From a virus, in the IMG/VR virus record IMGVR_UViG_3300020201_000010: DNA of 64,000 bases. The stretch is one strand, 5' to 3'. The notes under the pieces are model-generated. The model saw nothing but the letters and a program-made list of their open reading frames with translations, had not been told where the DNA came from and ran no database searches. Below are positions 1 to 8,599 of the stretch, piece after piece. A program made the translations under genes and the position numbers. Position 1 is the stretch's first letter. Each line of letters begins with the position of its first letter.

Positions 1-154
1 ATGACTTTGAGTAACAATGCAGCAGATGAGATATATATGACGATGGTAACAAAGATTCAGATAATAGCATATTTGAAAAAAGCTGGTTGGAATAATCAGG
101 TTCAGGTTATTACACCTGATGAAACTCAGGGGTTGTTTTTAAGTTGAGGATAGG

Positions 155-277
155 ATGGAAGAAACCAAAGTATGTAGTGGTTGCTGTTTAAAAAAAATAT
201 TAAATTTATTTCCAAAAAATGGACAGAAGTGTAAGGCCTGCAAAGCAAATCAGAGGGAAAGATGGAGCATAAGTTAG
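155..277 (+). CDS. Small CxxC...CxxC zinc-ribbon-like protein, 40 aa (not in ORF track)
   Basis: Manual translation MEETKVCSGCCLKKILNLFPKNGQKCKACKANQRERWSIS*; AGGA/GAGG upstream. Confidence 0.4.
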   Translation: MEETKVCSGCCLKKILNLFPKNGQKCKACKANQRERWSIS

Positions 278-726
278 AAATCAAAATAAAACTAGACACC
301 AAGAAATCTTTAAAGCCAGAAGATATTGAAATTTATCTTGATGATAAACAAATGTCACTAATGCAGAGTTTATTTTTAACTGCAAACGCTCGTTGTGTAA
401 GTGTTCCTTTTTATATGGGGTTTTTACCAGAAGATGTATACGAAAAACAGATTGGAATAAATAATTCTGGTTGGAAACAGTCATTAGATGAAGTTAATGT
501 ATTGAAAAGTATTCCAGGTTTAACTATTAAGCACGAAACAGTTGGTGTTAATGTAGATGAATTGAAATATAATATAAATGAATTCTTCAATTTATTATGC
601 AGTTCACGATACAGCAAATATTTAAGCCCAGAAGATATTAAAAAAATAAAGAGTGTTGATAGGGTGTTGAAAAAAATACTTAAAACAACACAATCTAATT
701 TTGAAATTTGTGATATTATCGCTTGA
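262..726 (+). CDS. Hypothetical protein; weak match to the IIE tail (EICDIIA*)
   Basis: 154 aa ORF, no recognisable domain. Confidence 0.7.
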   Translation: MEHKLEIKIKLDTKKSLKPEDIEIYLDDKQMSLMQSLFLTANARCVSVPFYMGFLPEDVYEKQIGINNSGWKQSLDEVNVLKSIPGLTIKHETVGVNVDELKYNINEFFNLLCSSRYSKYLSPEDIKKIKSVDRVLKKILKTTQSNFEICDIIA

Positions 727-750
727 CATTTGCCTGTTACAGAGTATTAT
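723..750 (+). promoter_or_regulatory. Sigma70-like promoter
   Basis: TTGACA (723-728), 16 nt spacer, TATTAT (745-750), upstream of an AT-rich intergenic region. Confidence 0.45.
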
Positions 751-933
751 TGAAGATAAATAGTATATTAAATTTTCATTAAGATATGGATAGTTTTAAA
801 AATCATATTTTATTAAAATATAATATAATAATAATTTAACATTCTTATGTGCTGCAAAGAAATATTTTATATATTATCTTAATAGCCTTAATAAGTATAA
901 GTTGCGTTAAGGCAAGGCCAAATTCAACTCAAA

Positions 934-969
934 ATATAAAAGATATAAAAGATATAAAAGATATAAAAG
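934..969. repeat. Tandem repeat, 9 bp x4 (ATATAAAAG)
   Basis: Four exact copies in intergenic DNA before ORF 1010. Confidence 0.9.
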
Positions 970-1009
970 CTGACCCTCCAGCATATGGGCACAAGATAGT
1001 TTAAGAGTT

Positions 1010-1429
1010 ATGAAATTTATTATAATACATACTCAACATGCAAAAATTTTCACGATTAATAATTGCAAAGCAAGTAAAAATATAAAAAATATAATTTTAA
1101 TTGTAGAAAGTATTTTTAGCAATGATATAATCGATATTCAGCATTTAAATATCAAAAATCTTTCAGATCCATATTTTCCTTACAATGATTCTTCAGATGA
1201 TGTATCATCATTATATTTTACTTACAATTGTTTTTCAGATTATTTAGCGTGCGTCAATATAACATTGGATATTTTAAAACTTTTTAATAATAAAATATAT
1301 AATGAGTTTTATCTTAAAAAGAAAGAATATTTTGAAAAAAAATTTATTTCCAAGAAAGAATTTTCCTTGCTGTGCAGCACTCTTGAAGAAACAAAAAAAC
1401 AATTTATTATTAGAGAGATTATAGAGTAA
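1010..1429 (+). CDS. Hypothetical protein, IIE-tail family (IIREIIE*)
   Basis: ORF track; C-terminal motif. Confidence 0.75.
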   Translation: MKFIIIHTQHAKIFTINNCKASKNIKNIILIVESIFSNDIIDIQHLNIKNLSDPYFPYNDSSDDVSSLYFTYNCFSDYLACVNITLDILKLFNNKIYNEFYLKKKEYFEKKFISKKEFSLLCSTLEETKKQFIIREIIE

Positions 1430-1430
1430 T

Positions 1431-1811
1431 ATGAATATTGGATATAAAGAATTTATATGGAAAGCAAACATTTTAGGTTCTAAACACAACACCTTGGATT
1501 TAAGTTTTATAAAAAAAGATTTGTTAATACAAAAAAGTTCAAGTTTTGTCAAAACAAATCTAGATCACGCGTATTTATCCAAAATGTTTCGTGAAGTGTT
1601 TCATGGAGCAACACTCATTTCTATACTTGATGTTAATAATATTTGTGCCCCCAAAGGTTTTTATCAACTCTTAAGTTCAAGCGATATGTTTTGTAAGAAA
1701 AACATATCAAAAGAGCTTTATTTGGAAATGCAATATTTACAACCAGAAGAATTTAAAAATACATTTGAAACATTTCATAATAACGCTCTAATAGAATATG
1801 TTATAAAATGA
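1431..1811 (+). CDS. Hypothetical protein (weak tail LIEYVIK*)
   Basis: ORF track; ATGA overlap with next gene. Confidence 0.7.
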   Translation: MNIGYKEFIWKANILGSKHNTLDLSFIKKDLLIQKSSSFVKTNLDHAYLSKMFREVFHGATLISILDVNNICAPKGFYQLLSSSDMFCKKNISKELYLEMQYLQPEEFKNTFETFHNNALIEYVIK

Positions 1812-2155
1812 ATTACTATGAAGTTACATATATTGATCAGGAACTTTGGCCTAACAAAAATATACTATACACTACACTTAATGATAGCGAAATATTTAAT
1901 CTATTGAGTTGTTTTTTAAGTTTAAGTGATTTAAAAATGATTTGTATTAGAGAAGTTTCTCATCAAGAGACCGAATATAGAATAATCAATAGTTTACTAG
2001 AGTTTTTAGATATATACAATGCTATACCTTCAAAAATTTTACCATATATTAATGAAAAAATATACCGTGAAATTTTAGGTTGCCCTCAAAATTTTATGCA
2101 TTATGATTTACCTAAAACGTTTGAAGAGTTTATAATTAAGAATATTATAGAATAA
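1808..2155 (+). CDS. Hypothetical protein, IIE-tail family (IIKNIIE*)
   Basis: ORF track; C-terminal motif. Confidence 0.75.
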   Translation: MNYYEVTYIDQELWPNKNILYTTLNDSEIFNLLSCFLSLSDLKMICIREVSHQETEYRIINSLLEFLDIYNAIPSKILPYINEKIYREILGCPQNFMHYDLPKTFEEFIIKNIIE

Positions 2156-2213
2156 ATGTAAAATAAACATTACATAAACCGTAAAATAATTATTATAAAG
2201 AAAATATAAATTA

Positions 2214-2594
2214 ATGTATTATAAAGTTACGCCATTAAATGGCTCTAAAATTGTATTCTTAAGTGACTTATTAATAGATGATTTTTCTGATTGGTTATCA
2301 AATGTTTTAAGAACATTTGAGGGCTATACACTATTAAAATTTCAAGAAATTAAATACGAAGAATATTATAATTTAACAGGTCAAGGCGTAGAGTTCTATG
2401 ACTCTCTACAAGATATATCAGAGTGGGGATTTCTTGAAGAGGAATGTATTGATTTGGTTTGTAAATATTTAACCCAAGATATATATACTGATATGAACAA
2501 ATCATTGGATGGTCAAGATCATTCTTTTAGTTATCTTCCTGAGACATTAGATGAATTTTTAAAATATAGAATGATTAAAAATATTATAACGTAA
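2214..2594 (+). CDS. Hypothetical protein, IIE-tail family (MIKNIIT*)
   Basis: ORF track; C-terminal motif. Confidence 0.75.
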   Translation: MYYKVTPLNGSKIVFLSDLLIDDFSDWLSNVLRTFEGYTLLKFQEIKYEEYYNLTGQGVEFYDSLQDISEWGFLEEECIDLVCKYLTQDIYTDMNKSLDGQDHSFSYLPETLDEFLKYRMIKNIIT

Positions 2595-2603
2595 AGGAAC
2601 ACC

Positions 2604-3698
2604 CTGAAAGTAAAAATACAACAGTTTTTAACACAAGCTCATAGTTGGAGTTATACCGGTATTGATTTGGGAAGATCTTTTATTGCAGCAGGCCATAATG
2701 TTGATTTTATACCAACAGATAAAGATATATATTTTCCTAAAGACCTAAATCCATATTTAAAACAGGCACCTTATGGTAACTATGACATTCAGATCAGCTA
2801 TACTCAGCCAGGTAACTGGAAAGAGTATTTTAAATATTCTGGAAAGAAGTTTGCTATCTGGAATTTTGAATATCAGCTAGCTCAAGGATCTCCGGGCTTG
2901 CTGCTTCCAGGCTTTGGGAAAAATCATGTTCATGTTGATATGATTTTTCCGTCATCACAGTTTAGCAAGAAGGTCTTCATGGATATGGGTGTGCCAGAGA
3001 GTAAGTTGATAGTTATCCCTCATGGTGTTGATGTAGAGAAATTCCAGACTAAAGAAAAATGGACCCTAAAAACTAAAAAGAGTAAGAAGATACTTTTAAA
3101 TATAATGCAGCCTCACACAAGAAAAAACATACCTGCTGCATTAGAGGTATATGGCAGAGCCTTTACTAATAAAGATGATGTTTGTTTAGTATGTAAAGTT
3201 TTTGTTAAAAATAAAAAGAACAACCAGTTTGATGTTGATTTTTATAAGCTACTTTCAGATTTTAAAAAGAAATATAAGAATCATGGCGAAGTAGAAGTTG
3301 TGACAGAGTTTATTCCAAATATAGCGCATCTTTATAACGCTGTTGATGTGCATTTTTCAGCAACACACTGCGAGTGTTTCTTCTATCCAGCAGCAGAGGC
3401 AATGTGCGCTGGAATAGTAAATATAGTTCCAAATTATTCTGGACATCTTGATTTTTGCAACGATCAGAACAGTTTGCTTATAGATGTTAAATTAACTAAA
3501 GCTCCAAAGAAGGATCAATATTGGATATACAACAGTTTTGCGATACATAGTGATATAAATATTGATGATGCTGTTAGCAAGTTGAAGTATGCTGTAGATA
3601 AAAACGACGAACTAAAACAAAAATTTAAACCTGGAATGGATTCTGTTAAAAAAACATATACTTGGGATAGTGTTGTTAAAAGTATAGTTGGTGTTTAG
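2604..3698 (+). CDS. Glycosyltransferase family 4 (GT-B), probable CTG start
   Basis: IPHGVD, RKNIPAALE, ECFFYPAAEAMCAG motifs; frame open upstream of the track start to CTG at 2604 with AAGGA 5 nt before it. Confidence 0.85.
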   Translation: MKVKIQQFLTQAHSWSYTGIDLGRSFIAAGHNVDFIPTDKDIYFPKDLNPYLKQAPYGNYDIQISYTQPGNWKEYFKYSGKKFAIWNFEYQLAQGSPGLLLPGFGKNHVHVDMIFPSSQFSKKVFMDMGVPESKLIVIPHGVDVEKFQTKEKWTLKTKKSKKILLNIMQPHTRKNIPAALEVYGRAFTNKDDVCLVCKVFVKNKKNNQFDVDFYKLLSDFKKKYKNHGEVEVVTEFIPNIAHLYNAVDVHFSATHCECFFYPAAEAMCAGIVNIVPNYSGHLDFCNDQNSLLIDVKLTKAPKKDQYWIYNSFAIHSDINIDDAVSKLKYAVDKNDELKQKFKPGMDSVKKTYTWDSVVKSIVGV

Positions 3699-3703
3699 GT
3701 AAA

Positions 3704-4978
3704 ATGATCAAGTTAACTTTAAAACAAATCAATAGTAGAGATAAAATAATACAACAAAACTTAACATGTATTAAAGAGGCGCCAATTCAAATAGAAGGAG
3801 TTCAAACAAAATGTTTATGGCAATGTAATGTTTGTTCTCACAAGTTTGAATGTAGGCTTGGAGATATTGATGGTTGTAAAAATTGTAAATTCAATAATGG
3901 TAACTTAGATTGTTTCACAAATCTTGTACAAAATAGCCAGTGGCCTATAAATTTTACAAATTTTTTTAAAATTAAAAAAATTACCGAAGCTCTTGAAGCA
4001 ACGCTATTAACAGAACAAATAAATTATTTTGGATCTAATAATGATGTAAAAATACAATGTAAAAATAAACATATAACTACCATTAAAGCTTATAGAATTT
4101 TGGCTGGTTCCTGGTGCGCAAGCTGTCCTAGACCAAAAAATTTAAGCGAAAGTATTTGCAGAGTTTATTTTAAAACTTTATTTAACGCAGATTTTATATC
4201 ACTTAAACCTGATTGGCTCAGAGACCCGTTAAGTGGTAATAAATTGGAGCTTGATGGATATTGTTATGATTTAAGTTTAGCTTTTGAACACCAGGGTGAA
4301 CAACATTATAAAGACAATGTTTTTAATGATCAAAATATGTTAAATATAATACAGGAAAGGGATAAATTTAAAGTAAAACAGTGTAAAAAACTAGGAATAA
4401 AATTATTTATAATACCGAATTTAATTAAAATGACGACGTTAAAAAAATTACCAGAATTAATAAAAAAACAAGCAATTAATCTTGGTGCAAATATAGATGG
4501 TATTGATTTTGATCAAAAAATAGATTATTCTTTGGTGTATGACTATGAGGCTAAGCACAAATTTAAAAAACAACAAATTAACAATGATATAATAAATACA
4601 ATTAATAAACATAACGGTAAGTGTTTATCTAAATATCAAACTATAAATAAAATGAAGTGGCAATGTTCCTTAGGACATGTATTTGAAAAGATGTTTTGTG
4701 AAATTAAAAATGGTTTTTGGTGTCCAAAATGTGCTCTAATCCAAAGCGGACAAAGCAGATCTGAAGCTGCTATTAAAAAAGCCAAGCCATCTTTTAAAAA
4801 GTTTTTAAAAGATAAAAAAACAAAATGCCTATCTGCATTTTGCTGTAAAGAAAAATTGATTTGGGAATGCGAATTTGGCCACAGATGGCAACAACATTTT
4901 CGATCTGTGAAAAAATCTAAACATTCAGGTTGCCCAACATGCGCCGGAAAATTACATAGTTTAAATATTATTAAATAA
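3704..4978 (+). CDS. Putative homing endonuclease: zinc-ribbon repeats plus PD-(D/E)xK/Vsr-like nuclease domain
   Basis: Repeated W-x-C-x-x-GH...CPxC units; PDWL...LELDGY...AFEHQGEQHY...RDKFK motif. Confidence 0.75.
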   Translation: MIKLTLKQINSRDKIIQQNLTCIKEAPIQIEGVQTKCLWQCNVCSHKFECRLGDIDGCKNCKFNNGNLDCFTNLVQNSQWPINFTNFFKIKKITEALEATLLTEQINYFGSNNDVKIQCKNKHITTIKAYRILAGSWCASCPRPKNLSESICRVYFKTLFNADFISLKPDWLRDPLSGNKLELDGYCYDLSLAFEHQGEQHYKDNVFNDQNMLNIIQERDKFKVKQCKKLGIKLFIIPNLIKMTTLKKLPELIKKQAINLGANIDGIDFDQKIDYSLVYDYEAKHKFKKQQINNDIINTINKHNGKCLSKYQTINKMKWQCSLGHVFEKMFCEIKNGFWCPKCALIQSGQSRSEAAIKKAKPSFKKFLKDKKTKCLSAFCCKEKLIWECEFGHRWQQHFRSVKKSKHSGCPTCAGKLHSLNIIK

Positions 4979-5058
4979 AAATACATTTACACAAAAATAA
5001 CATTAAAGAGATTTATACCTTAAGAAAAAATCAATATATTTATGAAACAAATAATTCT

Positions 5059-5334
5059 ATGATAAATGATAGTGGGTTAGAAAACAATATTAATTTTATT
5101 AATATTGTTTTACAATTAAATTGTGGCGCAGATTATAATGAAGAAAGGCTTATTCATTATGTTTTAAATTTAAATAATGATGACATGAAAGAAATATCGC
5201 CAGAGAATTGTTCTGATTGGGCTTTTATTATAAATAGAAATGATAATTATCAAGTATATAAAAAAGAATTAATGAAACACCCTATTTGGAAAGATGCTTT
5301 CGATGAGTTAATGATTAAAAACATCATAGAGTGA
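5059..5334 (+). CDS. Hypothetical protein, IIE-tail family (MIKNIIE*)
   Basis: ORF track; frame open upstream to 4975 without ATG. Confidence 0.7.
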   Translation: MINDSGLENNINFINIVLQLNCGADYNEERLIHYVLNLNNDDMKEISPENCSDWAFIINRNDNYQVYKKELMKHPIWKDAFDELMIKNIIE

Positions 5335-5416
5335 TGAGGCTCTAATTTTGTCGAGAACATTTATTCACTAAACACTATTAATTAATCTATAACATTAAGT
5401 AATTAAAGGATAAATA

Positions 5417-6124
5417 ATGCTCTCCATTTGTATTTGTGTATATAATAACTGGAATTTGACCAGAACATGTCTCAGCGATCTGTCAAAGTTAGAAGATACA
5501 GAAGTTATTATCGTAGATAATGGCTCTTCTGATCAAACTCAAGAAAACCTATCTAAGAAATCTTGTGTTTTACCCGAAAATTTCAAATATATTAGGGTCG
5601 AAGAAAACCTAGGGTTTGTTAGAGGAAGTAATTTAGCCTACCAAAACGCTTCTGGGCAATATATACTATTCCTTAATAACGATGTTAAAGTCAAGGAGCG
5701 GTTCAGTGATTGGACTCAGCTCCTTATCAATTCTATTGATAACGACCATGAAAGCATCGTTGGGCCTACAGGAGGTTTGCTGGATAGTAACTTTAACTTT
5801 ATTAGAGAAACTAGTAATTATGTTGAAAGTAAGTTTTTCTATATGTCAGGTTGGTGCCTAGCTGGAAAAAAAGAAACATTCGAAAAATTGAGAGAGGTGT
5901 TAGCTGATGGTAAGATGACCAACGGACCTTTCTCTGAGTTTGTATTTTCTTATTTTGAGGATGGAGACTTAAGTTGGCGCGCAAAGAAACTAGGGATTGA
6001 TTTAAGGGTAGTAGGAGTACCTGTTTTTCATTTTGGAAGAATGACAGGTAAAAAATTAAATTTACCAGGGATGTACTCAGAAAGTAGAAGAAGGTTTATC
6101 GAGAAGTGGGCTGGTAAGATCTAA
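5417..6124 (+). CDS. Glycosyltransferase family 2
   Basis: IIVDNGSSD, ENLGF, LFLNND, YFEDGDLSWRA motifs. Confidence 0.9.
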   Translation: MLSICICVYNNWNLTRTCLSDLSKLEDTEVIIVDNGSSDQTQENLSKKSCVLPENFKYIRVEENLGFVRGSNLAYQNASGQYILFLNNDVKVKERFSDWTQLLINSIDNDHESIVGPTGGLLDSNFNFIRETSNYVESKFFYMSGWCLAGKKETFEKLREVLADGKMTNGPFSEFVFSYFEDGDLSWRAKKLGIDLRVVGVPVFHFGRMTGKKLNLPGMYSESRRRFIEKWAGKI

Positions 6125-6156
6125 AGAGTGTAGTTAGATTAAATTGAGGAGCTTGA

Positions 6157-7578
6157 ATGAGAGTTGATACGAGTGGCATAATTAGGACATCCTCTAAAAC
6201 CAGAGTTGTTAGGCATGCCGAAAAATTCTTAAAAAAAGCTAAAGATAAATTTAATAATAGATATGATTATAGCAGTACTATTTACAAAGGAATACATACA
6301 AAAATAGAAATCATCTGCAAACTTCATGGTTCATACTGGCAGACGCCAATTTCCCATTTAGCAAGTCATGTTGGATGCCCCGATTGTGTAAGCATAAGGT
6401 ATAAGGAAGCCAAGCGTAAATCAATTGACCAGTTTTTATTAGAATGCAAAAATCTTCACGGTGATAAATATGATTATTCTAATGTTGCGTATATTAATCA
6501 AAATACGCAGGTAAAAATCACATGTCATATTCACGGTGAGTTTATGCAAACTCCAAATTGTCACTTAATCACAACTGGATGCCCCCAATGTGGCAGAAAG
6601 AAAAGAGACCAAGGATTAAGGCATACTAAAGAGCGTATTATAGAAGACATAAAAAAAATATATGGAGATCAATATATTTATGACGGTATTATTTATGCTA
6701 ATAATAATATGCCAATTGAAATTGTTTGCAAGCAGCATGGTAAATTTTCCAAATACCCTAGTGCATTAAAAAATGGTTATGGGTGTCCAGGATGCAGCCC
6801 AGTAAATAAATGGACAACAAAATCTATTGTACAAAGATTTATAGAAATTCATGGTAATAAATATAATTATTCAAAAGTAATATATAATGGTACGTGGTCT
6901 CATGTTGAGATAATTTGTTCGGTAAAAGAACACGGGTCTTTTAATCAGATTGTTGATAAGCATTTAGCTGGTAAAGGGTGTGCTGCCTGTGCAGGAAATA
7001 AAAAGCATACTAATAATTCTATTATAAAAGCATTTATTGATACTCACGGTGATAAGTATGATTATTCAAAAGTCAAGTATATAGGAGCCAACATAAAGGT
7101 TGAAATAATTTGTAAAAAAAATAATCACGGATCTTTTTTCCAAGGACCAATGCCACATAAATCTGGTGTTGGTTGCCCTCGATGCTCAACATCAGTTTCA
7201 AATAAAGAAATAGCTTGGTTAGATAGTTTAAATGTGCCGAATGAATTTAGACATGATAAAAATAAAAAAATATATTTATCAAAACCAAATTTATTAAATA
7301 ATAATTTTATAAAACCAGATGCGCTTGATTTAGCAAATAAAATAGTATATGAATTTGATGGAGATTTTCATCACGGAAATCCTTTATTATATAAAGCAGA
7401 AGATATAAATCCATTAAATAAAAAAACTTACGGTGAACTATATAATAGATTATTAAACAAGAATAAGATATTAAAAGATATGGGTTATACCGTTATACGC
7501 ATTTGGGAAAAAGATTATGATGAAAGTTTACGTATGGAAAAATTAGAAAAACAAAATAAGGAGAATGATAATGCTTGA
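6157..7578 (+). CDS. Putative homing endonuclease: YDYS/CxxHG..CPxC repeats plus Vsr/DUF559-like nuclease
   Basis: Five YDYS..Y....I.C..HG.F.Q....H....GCP.C units; C-terminal PDAL...EFDGDFHHG...GYTVIRIWE. Confidence 0.8.
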   Translation: MRVDTSGIIRTSSKTRVVRHAEKFLKKAKDKFNNRYDYSSTIYKGIHTKIEIICKLHGSYWQTPISHLASHVGCPDCVSIRYKEAKRKSIDQFLLECKNLHGDKYDYSNVAYINQNTQVKITCHIHGEFMQTPNCHLITTGCPQCGRKKRDQGLRHTKERIIEDIKKIYGDQYIYDGIIYANNNMPIEIVCKQHGKFSKYPSALKNGYGCPGCSPVNKWTTKSIVQRFIEIHGNKYNYSKVIYNGTWSHVEIICSVKEHGSFNQIVDKHLAGKGCAACAGNKKHTNNSIIKAFIDTHGDKYDYSKVKYIGANIKVEIICKKNNHGSFFQGPMPHKSGVGCPRCSTSVSNKEIAWLDSLNVPNEFRHDKNKKIYLSKPNLLNNNFIKPDALDLANKIVYEFDGDFHHGNPLLYKAEDINPLNKKTYGELYNRLLNKNKILKDMGYTVIRIWEKDYDESLRMEKLEKQNKENDNA

Positions 7579-8599
7579 TATTTTTAAACCAAGAATCGCT
7601 TATGGACCTTTTGAATATCAATGGGCTTACGATGCTTTTGAATTGCAAAATCTTAGTCATTGGTTACCTTTTGAGGTAAACATGAGCGGAGATGTAAATG
7701 ATTTTAAAAGAATGGATGAAAAAGATAAGTCGCTAATTGGCTCGGTGTTAAAATCGTTCACTATCAATGAGGTTTTTGTAGGTAATGATTATTGGTCTCG
7801 CATAGCTAAAATATTTAAAAAACAAGAGCTAGCCCTTATGGCTAATGCCTTTTCAAATGCTGAGGGAATTCATAGTGTAAGTTATGCGTACTTAGACGAA
7901 AGCCTTGGATTACTTGATTATAATGCTTTCTTAAAAGATCCTACTGCCAAAGCAAAAATAGATCGCATGATGGATACAAAATTTAAAACAAGAGAAGATA
8001 TTGCATTATCAATAGCTATTTTCAGCGCATTTGTAGAAGGCGTGAATCTATACTCAAGCTTCTTGATTCTTTTAAACTATTCTAGATTCAACACCATGAA
8101 AGGTCTTTCACAGATTATAAGTTGGAGTATTATGGATGAGGCTCTACATTCTAGTACAGGATGCAAACTTTTTCGCACCATAATTGAAGAAAATCCTCAA
8201 TTGTGGACAGATGACTTTAAGAAAAAGATTTATGACGCAGCTAGAGTTACTATTGAGTTGGAAGATGACTTTTTAACTCAGGCTTTTTCTTTAGGAAACG
8301 TAGAGGGGCTAACTTTAGCAGATGTTAAAGTTTTTATCAGACATCGCTGCAATTTAAAGTTAGAGGAGCTAGGATTAAAAAAGAATTGGAAGAATTTAGA
8401 TCAGGAGGCATTAAAAAGATTAGCTTGGTACGATGTGGCTTCTAATTCAAACCTTGGCCATCAGGATTTCTTTGCAGGCCGCGTTACCACATATAGTAAG
8501 GTAAGCACTGATCAAAATTGGGATAAAATCTGGGATGAAACAGATAAACAAAATAACTTTAAAAATACAACAAAAGATTTAGAAGGAGCTGCTGAATGA
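7565..8599 (+). CDS. nrdB: Ribonucleotide reductase class I beta subunit
   Basis: Ferritin-like ligands NE, EGIH, VEG, DEALH; Tyr in EGIHSVSY; adjacent to alpha subunit. Confidence 0.93.
   Translation: MIMLDIFKPRIAYGPFEYQWAYDAFELQNLSHWLPFEVNMSGDVNDFKRMDEKDKSLIGSVLKSFTINEVFVGNDYWSRIAKIFKKQELALMANAFSNAEGIHSVSYAYLDESLGLLDYNAFLKDPTAKAKIDRMMDTKFKTREDIALSIAIFSAFVEGVNLYSSFLILLNYSRFNTMKGLSQIISWSIMDEALHSSTGCKLFRTIIEENPQLWTDDFKKKIYDAARVTIELEDDFLTQAFSLGNVEGLTLADVKVFIRHRCNLKLEELGLKKNWKNLDQEALKRLAWYDVASNSNLGHQDFFAGRVTTYSKVSTDQNWDKIWDETDKQNNFKNTTKDLEGAAE

Noticed and set aside
3704-4978. Endonuclease C-terminus LNIIK as an IIE-family member
   Set aside because: Only NII matches and the terminal residue is basic; it was not counted.
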